Assembly (NCBI GenBank): GCA_002633005.1 | Contig: NMRA01000228.1 | Coordinates: 561,272-625,271, forward strand | Direction of reading: 5' to 3' | Source: Phoronis australis | Taxonomy: Eukaryota; Animalia; Phoronida | DNA length: 64,000 nucleotides | Shown here: positions 22,530 through 34,700 of the stretch, piece by piece | How the letters are laid out: the number at the start of each line of letters is the position of its first letter | Position numbering within the stretch: the stretch's first letter is position 1 | Position numbers and translations under genes: made by a program | Notes under the pieces: generated by a model | The model's input: the letters and a program-made list of their open reading frames with translations, nothing else | Told to the model about the DNA's origin: nothing | Databases searched by the model: none

Positions 22530-25500
22530 TAATGACGAACGTTTTACGGTAAGTAAAGTCGCCGCAACTTAGGTGGCTTCGAGTTAATCACCCCAGGTTT
22601 TGAACGATATGTCCTATTTCGCATTGCCGGACTTGATATTCGTGAGCCAATCCTAAGATAGTGCGGCGGTGTCTAAAAATTCATGTTGCTGGATTTTATT
22701 TACTTGGACCTAGATATAATCGCTGGTGATCAATTAATCCCAAATTTTTCATTTCTTAGTTTCACACCTGGACCGTTTAACAAGCATGTTTAATAAATTG
22801 TTTGTGATTTTGTAACTGTTAATCCTAATTAATTGCGTTAAAACTTTGCAAAATAAGCTTTGATTTGCGAATATTGTTGCCAGGCTTATCGTTTTACTGT
22901 CCACGTGGGAGGAGTATTAGCTCGATCTACAAGGTATCTCAAACACTCGTTTTATGTTTTATTTGTAGGCTCTTCTCAAGAACCACCTAATTCCCAAGAA
23001 TGATACAGTGAACACTCACGTCTTCTACATGAAAATGATCGGCGATTACTACCGTTACATTAGCGAAGTAAAGACTGGCAACGACGAAAGTAACATGCTC
23101 ACTTCTTTCTAGGTTGTCGGCCCAGGAAATTCGGGAATCGTTTCATGCGCCCACATATATGTGAGCTCATATTGACGTCATCTCTTTCTTGCCTCCACTG
23201 CTGCATCTCATCTCCCGGCAGACGTGTCCCTATGAAGCTGACTACAGGTTTCTGACTGTTCAGTGGCAATTTTATTTTTTACGTTTGAATTTATATATTC
23301 AGATTTCGTTGATAATTTTTTCAAGAAATTTGGCAAAAGGGTTTTTATTAAAGAGACAAGTGTGCCTCTCCATTGCCAGATGAATTTTCTATCTTCCGAA
23401 CAGCTCAAAGGACCATTAATGAAAAGATGAAAAGTTGCAGATGTCTTTCTGATGAGAAGACCGCCACTGATTTCGATTTTTGAACTTGTGCAACGCCTTT
23501 GTCGACCCGTACAGTGATGATGTTGTTTTTCTTGATTTCCACTGAATCTCTTTAGCCCTTAGAGCAGCATTTTGAAATTTGGCTGTTGCTATTAAGGTGA
23601 CAGGTGTTGGTAAAAGTTTCGGACAGATTCGAATACTACTGTGCCCCCTAGTGGGAATTTTTTTTTCTTGCGTTTTGCCTTTGCATCTTCAGAGTTCATC
23701 ACTTGTTTTTCATGAAACTCGACAAATTGGTTTCTATTATTAAAGAAGAAACTGTGCCTTTCCATTTTCGGATATATTCGATTTGTTTGGCACCATCAGT
23801 GGCCAATTACGTAATTTTCGAGTCCCGTTTTTTGCCGTCCGCCTGTTTTTTGTCAAACTACTCAAAGGGTTATTATGAAAATGGGCAGACATGTTCACTC
23901 TGAGAAAACTTTGACTGTCGTTTATTTTCGGACGGGTTCAGTTGACAGATGTGGCGCCTCCTCATGTTTTTTGGCCTCTGTGCCTGTATCTTCTTAATCC
24001 TTTGCATGGTCTTTGTGAAATTGTGACAAGTGTTTACATATAAATATGTGGGTGCCTACTGCAGTCATCTCTGTCTGGGCGCCCGGCGTCTGCTGCTATA
24101 TCGCCTAAACCCCTTGAAGGATCTTAATGAAATTTGACAGATGTGATCCTGTGAAGCTGACGACAGACAACGACGAGTTTCGGATTAATACGACCACCGC
24201 TCTGTCACCCTAGTTGCAATTTTAGCAAATAGGTTTCTATTTAGGAAGCGACAACGTCTTCTCGTTTTCGGACAGATTTAAGATATTTTACTCCACCTGG
24301 TAGGAATTTAAAAATTTGGTTACGTTTTGACGCTGTCAATAGTAGACTGACACTGGTCTCAGTTCAGTGTTCTGTTTGTGTACTAGCAGATAGCGCTTGA
24401 GTTATGTCCAGATGGTGATGATGTAACTTGGTCACAATAGCAGAGCACGGAAAATTTTATAAGTTCCAGAAATACAGTCTGGAACAGAGCTCACTATAGG
24501 TCGGTAAAATGATTGGGTAGATTCGGAAAGTTCTAGAATGTGCTTGAATTGGTGGAAAGTGCGAGAACATTGTAACAGATTGTCTTTTCAAAGACAGAGT
24601 TGAAAGTTAGTTAAAGTTAGTCTACGTCTGTATCTCCTTAGCCCGTGAAAGGATCTTTGTGAAATTTGGCAAATAGGCCCCTATACTATGGAGATGGTAA
24701 TGTGCGATGACGAGTTTCAGACCAATCCGACTACCACTGTAGCCCCTTGTGGCAATTTCAGTGTTTTTGCGTTTGTCTATCTTTGGAGTTCATCGATGAT
24801 TTTTTGTGTAATTTTGCAATTAGTCTGTTATGAAGGAGAGAGAAGAATGCATTTACATTTTCAGACAGATTCAACATACTCTGCCCCACCTAGTAGCTGT
24901 TGTTATTATTTTTGGCTTTCCGGAGGTCCGCTTCTTTGTCTGCCAAACTAAATGGATCGTTATCAATCGTAGCAGTTGCGTTGCTGATGAGAAAGCAACA
25001 GCAGCAGATCGGACGATTCTACTGTGGAGTACACTGGTAGCGATTTTGTATTTTTGAGATCACAGCTGGATTTTTGTTAAAATTTGGAGGTGTTGTTTTT
25101 CCTATAAATGACTCGAATTTGTCTCCAAACACACCCAAACTCCCGCGATCCACCATATGATAAATTGGCCTACCGAACCTAGGAGTCTACCTTGACCGAA
25201 CTCTGTAGGCTACCGTACGTTCAAATACCTATAAATCCGTAACAGTGAAATAAAACAGCACGTACGTTTGTTCAAGAAATGGACGTATTTGTAAGGGTTT
25301 TACATAAAAATTTGATGATTTATTGGTGTAAAATGATGCATTCAAGCGATAAGTTGACACCAGTAAGCGTGTTGTGAACGACTTTCGTTCGAACCGATTA
25401 CGTCATTGGTTAATTTCAAAACCTCCGCCTGCCGTCAGGTGTCAGGTAAAACAACTGAACTTGCTGTTATTGAGTAGAAATACTCGATCTAAATTGATAC

Positions 25501-26450
25501 AAAATAGGTTGTTTTTGGGGTGGCATTCTCCAGAGACCTCATATACACCAAGCAGACGAACAACGTCAACCCTTCAAACTAAAGTCATTTGAAGACAGAT
25601 GAGGTCACTGTTCATCCGCACGTGCTGACTTAATCCGCTGACATAAACACTTATTCTGTCTAACGCTGATCAGGGGTTCTGCAATACTTTTACCAATCAA
25701 CATACAGCCTCGATGATATAACTCATCAGTTCTGTGTGCATTTATTGAAGTGGTGAAAAGGAAAACGCTTACAAATATTGAAACTAGAGCTAACCCATCT
25801 GATAAACTATTCAGCATGTAATATATAGAGTCAGTCATTGGTCTGCTGATTTGACTGTTATCACTACTATTATCAATATCATTTTTATCATTATCATTAT
25901 TATTAGTAGTAGTAGTAATGTTTATTGTACATCGTAGGCTTTGCCTAATCATACATAAATACATAAATTCAAACGTATATTCTGAATATTTACACGGAGA
26001 GCAGTTCTTCTCTTAACGCCATGACCTTCTGAATATACCATGCGAGGCGCTGGAGGCTGTCATGATTTTTCTGTTGGAATAACCTAACAAGAGAATAGTT
26101 AACATTGACAAACTCTGGAAGATTTCTTCTTGAGTAGAAAAAAACGATTACACACATAATGACTTTTTTGATGTTCTTACGTATGTCTTTACTAATCTAT
26201 CTTTAGTTTTACTTTAATTCTACAAAGTATGTATGATGTATTAGATTCAGTTTGAGAGACCCTAACTATAACATAAATGTACTGAAAATAAAAACTAAAC
26301 TGTGTGCTTTCAATACTGTTTCTAAGAAAATGTACTAACAAGAATCATTTTAATATAATGCATTGATGTACCCAAATGCAGTAAGAGGAGAACAGCACCC
26401 ATCCCCACAACAGGAGTGACTCTCGTGGTACTTGCCACCCCCCCCCCGCC
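22530..26450 (+). pseudogene. decayed tandem duplicate of the 14-3-3 gene; intact exon copy at 22969-23089
   Basis: 22969-23089 encodes [40 protein letters not shown] with AG/GT intact. Flanks match ~5660-6400; ~25530-25935 matches ~16845-17400; ~26135-26450 matches 3'UTR ~18560-18895. The other coding exons were not found. Confidence 0.8.
23141..25100 (+). mobile_element. diverged HINE family 1 copies in the 14-3-3 paralog
   Basis: GTGCCCCCTAGTGG, GCACCATCAGTGGCC, GCCCCACCTAGTAG units and the same spacer sequences. Confidence 0.55.
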
Positions 26451-27027
26451 CACGAATAATTTGCAAGTGTAAGGGTGAGGACTTCGAGGCAACCGGCGTA
26501 GGAGAGTGGGAAATGGACAATCGAGAAAAGGACGATGATGGCAAAACGTAGAAAAGATAAACGTTCAACTACCAGTGCTAGATTAGCCTTCGGGGATCAG
26601 ACGAGGACATTTCAGGTCCTTAGAAAAAATAACAATTATTGGGAGAGTTGTCACAAGCCAAACAATCCAATTTGACTTCGCTAACCCCCCCCCCCCCCGG
26701 CCCCCCCTCACCTTTCTATTACCTCCACCTGGCCTCCCATTCTCCTGTTGCCGTCAGTTTTGTTCCCTGACTTCCTACATAGGTGAGGGGCAAATCCGGA
26801 GGAGGTAACCATCTGAAGTTGAGTGACCGTTTTTCAGCAATGAGAAAGATGCCTAAGTGTCAGCGCAGACGGATGGGCTGTCTGCTAGCCTCAAGTGAGC
26901 TGACAGCTAACTCACATCCACTGAAGGTGGGGAAATGTAAATTCGGTGAACTATGGGCTATCCAATGGTCAGTTCAGCTAGAATTCACTTGACACAGGCA
27001 GCTCAGTCCGTACCTATCTTTTGTGCT

Positions 27028-27256
27028 CATGCGCGCACCCAGGGGAGGCTCGGGGGGCTCGACCCCATTTGGCAAAGTGGGCCAAAAGGTCCGCCCCGGA
27101 GAGACAAAAAGTCCGAGAAAATGAGGCATAAGTACATTAAACATGCGCAAACGCGCAATCCACAGTGGTGCTCCCGCTTCTTTGTTACCGAAAAGGTCAA
27201 CAAAGTCAGCCTAGGAATTCGAGCCCCCCCCATCTTGAAGGCTGGGTGCGCGCATG
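27028..27256. mobile_element. MITE, 15-bp perfect TIR, 5-bp TSD GTGCT
   Basis: GTGCT-CATGCGCGCACCCAG ... CTGGGTGCGCGCATG-GTGCT. Confidence 0.9.
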
Positions 27257-28678
27257 GTGCTGGTCAAAATTCATTTTATTGGTGTATAGTTTTAGTGCCG
27301 AAAGTTCATTATATTAGTGTCATCACATGGGCGACGCAGCACTGAAAAAAGTGGGGGGTATAGCCCTCCAGCCCCCCTTGTGGTGCACCTCCCATAGACC
27401 ATGGACGGCGCAGCGTTGAAAAAAGTGATGTACTTGACTAGATTTCATATTGCTGCACAACTATGTACTGGTTGGTTGAATTAATAAAAATGTTTCATTC
27501 AAAAAAACTGTTAATATTGCATCTTCAGATAAACATAATTCATTACATAATACTTTTCTTAACATTCTTTGCACATTGGACCAAAGTTTTTGGTGAAATA
27601 GCATTAAAAAATAAATGGATAAATGTTTCGGTCTTCCTGCAAAGTCTTGAATAATTTTATTTTCATTAAATAAAACTTAGTATACACTTTTCTGTGCAAG
27701 TAATAACATTTAAAAGTTCTAATATGAGGGACAACAATTTAAAGGGTTGGGTATACATTTCTACAATTTGCTGGCTGGTATATAATTCTACTAGACTGTG
27801 TTCTATATCAAGAATAGGTGACACAATGAGTAATAAAATGTTTTTAATCCCCTTGGCATTTATTTGTCGAGAAGCTGTGAAAGAAACCATGGAGTTTGCC
27901 GCTTAGCCAGTTCCTTTTGGATTGGCCAAGTATGAAAGGTCGAAACAAAGGAATTGAACTGAATCCAATTCAATACCTTGTGTCTCTTTTTAAACACTTT
28001 CACCAATTTATAATTTCATCCCCTAGCCTCCTAGTGCCCTCCGCATTGAAGTAAAAAAGTCATTTACAATAAACAGTAACACGTTTGAAACAATAAGTTG
28101 AATGAGTCCTGTGAAAATATAAACAACATGAAGCACGGGGTTGTGTTGTTTTATGTTCATTGAGATATGCAAGATGCCAAAAATTGCGGAATGTTGAGGA
28201 ACATTTACAAGATTAGATTGAAGTTTCAATAGATAACGGAATGCACTGTAGCCATGATGCCATACAGATTAGAATTTTCAAATGTAGTTTACTCAGACCT
28301 GGGTCGGTAATTACATCAAAAGTGGAGTAAAAACTCCAACGCGGCCTGTATCTTCTTTGGTCCTAGTCGTGCTTACACTGGTGTTAAGAGATATTCTTTC
28401 GGCTTCGTTTTCGTTAAAACCAGTCCAAAATGAATAATTTTAACGCAAGTCACCCTCCACTAAGACTAAGAACGTATTACATGCCCATTTCAAAACCATT
28501 GGTGTCGCTGCAGGTTCGACCACGACTGTTCTCAGAGGGGAGTTCTCAGATGTCGCTTTATTTCACGTCTGCACATGCGCATTAATAAATTCCTTGACAT
28601 CTGTTGCCAGAGAGTGACGCGAGAACGAAAAACTGTTGAAGAGTATTCTCAAATAAATGAGAAAGGAGATCGAATAGT

Positions 28679-28732
28679 ATGGCAGGATTGCAACTCAAAG
28701 AAGGCGAGGCAACCTCTACAATATATGGAATG
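28679..28732 (+). CDS. TTC30: TTC30 exon 1
   Basis: MAGLQLKEGEATSTIYGM|gtaact; resembles TTC30 N-terminus (MAGL...DGEFTALVY); phase 0 fits exon 2. Confidence 0.85.
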
Positions 28733-31700
28733 GTAACTGAGTTATAAACTTCTTGTGATACTTTGATTTTGATGGGAGCGAGTGAAATTTCTTCTTGGTT
28801 TAAGACATTAAGTGACCACACTCTCTCCAGACTACCGGAGTCACTGTACGACAATGAAGATCAGAACAACTATTATAGGTTTAAAAGGATATATAAACAT
28901 TGTTGACGTCACTTCAGAGGTTGGTTAACATAGGTAGATCGTTAACAGATAAGGCAGTCAGTAAGCGGGTGTTCCAAATCAGGAGGCCCCCACTATGTTA
29001 TTTCAGAAAGGCAGATAGCTTGTAGGCAATGACCATCGCCTCTGTTGGCCCGAACCAGAGGCGATGCAGCTCCTATAGGGGCTCGATACGCCGGAAGCTT
29101 TTCGGCGAATTATGCCTCGCACTGGCTAAAGCATGAAAGTCACGTTGTTATAAATACCTTTTGCATATAGAGGGACACCTTAGGAGGTTGTCGGTGTGTT
29201 TAATTCCTTCCAACTCGAACAAATACTTCCGTTATCGAACTTTTTGTTCGAGCAGTCACTCGTTCAGTTCCCAAAATCGTGAACTCACCATTTTTACACT
29301 GCGCACGCTCCAATTTTTACCGCGCTCGCTAGGTGATGTGACTTCATGACCTCAATCTTTAAATAGGCCAAAGGTGAGCCATTGCGGTCTTGTCAGTCAA
29401 ATGTTCGTTTCCAAAATGCCACCACTTATACTTGTCTTTAATTGGCGTTACTTGAAACTGATTGTATTTCAATGAATTATTGTTTGTATTTGATAAAAAT
29501 AAATGCTGTTGATATATGACATTTAATAGTCTTTGTGCACATATTTGACATTTTAATGTTTAACAACACGGCAAATGCACGGCTGGTTCCCAGCAGCACA
29601 TACGCAAAGGGCCGGAACTTCATCTTTCAAAGTTCGCCTGTAGGACCGCAACTTCTGACCTTCGGCCTGGTTAAAAGAATCTCTTGGTGCGCTGAGTGAA
29701 AATGTTGAGTTCACGATTTTGGGAACTGAAATAGGGACTGCTCGAAGAAAAAGTTTGACAACGGGAGTATTTGTCCGAGTTGGAAGGAATTAAATACATC
29801 GACAACCTCCTAAAGTGTTCCTCTATGCGCAAAAGGTATTATAACAACGTGACTTTGATGGTTTAGTCGGTGCGAGGCAAAATTCGCCCAAAAGCTTCCG
29901 GCGTATGGAGCGCCTATAGGAGCTGCATCGCCTCTGGTGTAATGCAGCCCGGCAAGCTATTCCAGTCCACGATGTTCTAGGAAAGAATGTATTTTTCCTG
30001 TAATCTGTCCTATTTATTGGAATGCTATAGTTGGATGATCTGGTACAGATGTCTGAGACAGTACTTAAGATCTGCTGTAGGGACAACATCAGAGTTGATC
30101 ACCGACTTCTTGTCATATTTGAAAACATTTTTAGCTGACAGATTTTGCATCTGTGGCTAAGTGTGGACCATTTTAAGGTTTCTAACATTGAACCAACAGA
30201 GGATAGACGATTGAACCGTCTCGTGACCCAGCGAGCAGCTCACCTCTGTACTGTCTCTACAGCAGCAATGTCTTTATGGGTATAAGGGTCCCAAACAGTA
30301 GAGGCGTATTCCAATTTGGGTCGAACCATTGTTTTTGTATGCAAACTTCTTACATCGTTGGCTGCTTATACGTAAGTTTCGCCGAAGAAAGCCCAGAGTT
30401 TTATTTGCTTCCTTCTGAATGTAGCTTATATGGGATGACCATTTGAGGTCATGCGAGATGGTGATGCCCAAATATTTAGCCTCCTTGATCGACTTTAGCA
30501 TCTGATTGTGAAGTATACAGGAGGTGATCTGGATTTGGCGTTTTCTGGTCAGGGTGAGGGCACTACACTTGTCTGGGTGGAAAATCATAACCCACCTGTC
30601 CTCCCACAGAGCAAGACTATCTAAATCTGTCTGCAGAGCCTCTCTGTCAGTGGCCGAGTTAGCGATGTAACAAATTGTATCGTCTGCAAATAGTCTGATT
30701 CATGCGCGCACCCAGGGGGGCTCGGGGGGCTCGAACGAGTTGGCGAAGTGGGCAAAAAGGTCTGCCCCCGAGAGACAAAAAGTCCGAGAAAATGGGACAA
30801 AAGTCCACTAAATACACTAAAGCAAAGCACAATTGATAGTGGTGCTCCAGTTTTTTTTGTTTCTTTTTTTTATTTTTTAGTCCGCCGCTCTTTTGTTAGC
30901 AAAAGGTTCACAACAACGGGAAATCGAGCCCCCCCAAATTGAAGGCTGGGTGCGCGCATGTGATTTTAACAGACAGGCCAAGGGGAATATCGTTTATGTA
31001 TAGTAGGAACAAGCAGGGGCCTATTACTGAGCCTTGGGGTACCCAGACTCCAAAGGTATACTTGACGACTTCTCGCCTCTGACAACTACAGCTTGTTGTC
31101 GTCCATTTAGGAAACTTTTTATCCAGTTGTTAACAGTACCTGATATACCGTATTTGTTTAATTTGTGCCTTGGCACTTGGCAGTATTGCAGAGCGCAGGC
31201 ATCCTTAGCTGTCTGATCGTCCCCAGTACACCTAAATATATGTACTAGTACATGGTATGACACTCCGGACAAGGAATTCCTTTGGTGCTTCACTTCAGCT
31301 GTCCATATAAAACACAAAACTCAATAAATTTACACAAAACAGAAGTTCAACAAACCATGAGCAATTGTTCTTTCTTCTACAGTGTCCTGCTCCAACGAGT
31401 TTTCAACAAATTCGCTGTCAAAGCACAAAATTCCGATGCGTACTATCAATTGTGTCCCATGAAAATTGCCGGTTTTGCCACGGAAGGTCACGGCATCAAT
31501 ATGTATTGAGGACGAACAGAAGCTTAGGACGCCTGTGTTGCAGAGCCGGTAGACAGTGACCACCGTCTCGACTCTATCTCTAGGCTAGCTGGCCATTAGA
31601 GACCGAAGCTTTTTGGCTTATTATTTCACACACAGCTTAAACCATCAAAGTCCCCTTGTTCTAAGTACCTGTTGTGCTTAGAGGGATGCCTTGGGAGCCC

Positions 31701-34700
31701 GTCGATGTCTTTAATTCCTTCCAACTCAAATAAATACTTGCATTTACAAACTTTTTCTTTAACAAGTCCTTCATTCAGTTCCAAAAATCGGAAACTGGCC
31801 ATTTTTACACACCGCACGCCAAGGGATATGACGTCATACCTTCTGCTGTGCGCAGTGTAAATGGCCAGGTGCCGATTTGGGGAACTGAACAAAGGACTGC
31901 TCGAAGAAAAAGTTTAATAACGGGAGTATTTTGTTTGAGTTGGAAAGAATTACCGGGTAAATACATCAACGGCCTCCTAAGGTGTCCATCTATGTACAAA
32001 AGGAAGCTTTCGGCACACGAAGTGCCTATAGGAGCTTCACCATCTGTAGTTCACTATATGGTGGTCACTGTCTGTTGCCTTGGCTGACGAACTTTCTGGT
32101 GCTATATGTATCTTCAATGAAGCATGTCTACGAGCATTAAGATGACTTGGTGAAGAATTCGAACTCCACTTTCTTGGTCGCTATTAACTTTTCCAAGGTG
32201 CAGGATAACCACATAGCATTTCATGACGTCATTTGAGTTAGGCCACAACAAGCGCAAGACTGAGCAGAGCACTCGACTTGGCAGCTAACACTTGTAAAAC
32301 GTAGAGTGGGAAGATATCCAGTGAACTTTGTAAGATTTGTGTCCCTTAAACCTTTTCTTTGTTAACTTGAGTGATTTCGTGTAACTTTCTTAAAATGGCG
32401 AGGGAAGCTCGAGTGAACATTAAAAAATATGCAGCATTGGTTGAAAACAGCTGCAATAATCGACTTTTGCTGGCAGCCATGACAATTTTGGTCAATGTAG
32501 AGGTCATTATTTACTCATTGGGATGTTCAGTTTTTGTATGATAACATGAAAGGTCTGAAGCTATCAGTGACCTGTAATAATAAATGAGATTTTCCCTGAT
32601 TCTGATTGGACCGAATATTTGTTTGTATTTGCCACATGTTGTGTTCCAAATGCCATTATAGTTATTCTCACTTCCAAGCCAGTCAGCCATAACTGTCGGT
32701 TCAAATATTGTACAATAACCATTGAATGAAAACACCATTGACACATTTGCCTGAAGTGTTTAAGGCACTAAAACTTAGTAACTGTGACAAAATACACGGG
32801 TTTCTCTCTTGCGTAATCTATGGTGTTATCTTTTTGTCAGATTAAGGACCAAAAATATGGAGAAGCAGTTCAGATATTGAACAACGAACTACAGAAGTAC
32901 CCATCTGTAAGTATATTGTATGATGTTCAATTTTTGTTCATCATATGAAAAATTGTAAGTTCGTGTTGTATTAAGGTTAGGTGAGACCTCATGTTGTATT
33001 GAGGTTAGGTGAGACCTCATGTTATTTTGAGGTTAGGTGAGACCTCATGTTGTATTGAGGTTAGGTGAGACCTCATGTTGTTTTGAGGTTAGGTGAGACC
33101 TCATGTTGTATTGATGTTTGGTGAGACCTCATGTTGTATTAAGGTTAGGTGAGACCTCATGTTGTATTGAGGTTAGGTGAGACTTTATCGACAAGTCTGC
33201 ATTTAGCGAACTATCTACAAAACTATAGAGTTTAACATGAGAAAAATGCTTATTTCTGAAAGCAAAAGCCAGTGTATAATCTGATTTTTGACTTTATGCC
33301 AATCTGCCTTTGATGTTTCCCTACTATAAATTTCAGCTCAGTTTAGCTAAGCATAAAAGATACGACGGTGTCAACATGTCTAACCAAATTTTAATTGATT
33401 TAATATTCAAGGTAAAATCTCGAAAAGTTTGCCAAATTTGGGCATTTTTCTGTTGTCCTACATAACATTGATTTGTTTAGAAAACTAATCCGTAGCCACC
33501 TTGTGTCAAGTAAATTATAATTGTAACATTCTTCCTGGTCTTGACCGTGTTCGTGTTCCCTCTGAAAGCCTTTGATTTTCGGTAACTTCTCTCGTCATCT
33601 CTTGCATGCTTCACTGAAGTACCTTCTGACTCGCCCATTTCAGTCACGTGCTGCCCTGTCTCTGCTTGGATACTGTTACTACCAGAGTCAGGACTTTGTT
33701 AACGCCGCCGACTGTTACGAACAGCTAACACAGACTAACCCTGAAGTTGATGACTACAAGCTGTACTATGCTCAGTCCCTGTACAAGGCGAGTCTGCACC
33801 AGGAAGCAATGAAAGTAGCCTGTCAAATTGACAACACGTCCTACTCTACCAAGGTACTTCAGCACTAGTAGTTCTATGTGATGATAGTTCAAAATTGTTA
33901 GCCAGTCTGAAGCTCTTGTGCTTAATTGGAAGCTTTTGAAGTTTTTAGATATTATGTTAATCCTATCTTCCTTATTGTTTGTGTCTTAAGGCCTGTTTAC
34001 TCTTGTGATCTTTCTGCAATGGAACTATCAAGCGACTTGTGAACACCTCATTGCAGTTGCAGGTGCATGGCGCAACTGTTGAGCAACTGGAGCAAGAACT
34101 AGTTGTCATATAGTGTGGACACCTATTGGTGATTGAAGGAAACTGGGTGTATTTAATGAGATACTGTCTAGTGTTTCCTAGCTGAATGCTAACAGTTTTT
34201 AGGTCTAACAAATGGGGAAGAGATTAACCTTGGATCACAATACTAGAAATATTTACTTCAGGTAACCTTTCAATATGCGAATGGAACTATATTTGGTTAT
34301 AGTGCCCTATCCCAGATATCGTGTGCAAAATTCCAATAGCTTCCATTGATGTCAATCATTTTCAGAGCATAATTATATGCAGTTATTGTAAGCCATAACT
34401 TTTATGAAAGAACTGGTCACATTTTGTGGACAAAAGATCAACTCCTACTGTGGCCATTAATTATTTTCTTCTCAGTTAAACAGTACTGCTGCTATTAAAA
34501 ACACAAAAAATCATTATTAGCCACTAGGCTCACCCTGGAAATGTGGACGTCCCAGGCATGTGTTATTTGCTGGAGGTTTTGTGCAAGGAAAGGCAGTTAA
34601 TTTTTCAAAGAAATTTTACAATAATTTCTTTGTAGATGACCCAAATACATCCAGGTGCATTGAATAAAAGGGATATGGTTATGAAACGGTTTATAGACAG

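Noticed and set aside
22461-22554. Possible first exon of the 14-3-3 paralog (ATG ... GTAAGT)
   Set aside because: The translation (MEKTGTLSLTSDIF...) stops early and has no 14-3-3 similarity.
22969-23089. Mutually exclusive 14-3-3 exon, as in insect 14-3-3 zeta
   Set aside because: It lies downstream of the terminal exon and UTR, and introns and UTR are co-duplicated, so cis mutually exclusive splicing with the later exons is impossible.
24330-24625. Possible solo LTR with TTCTAGAA-like motifs
   Set aside because: No clear TG...CA ends, TSD or second copy is visible.
26686-26707. Long C-run, potential G-quadruplex on the minus strand
   Set aside because: Simple homopolymer of the kind common in these repeats; no context suggesting function.
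32961-33184. CRISPR-like 28-bp repeats
   Set aside because: Units are contiguous with no unique spacers, lie in a eukaryotic intron, and have no cas genes nearby.
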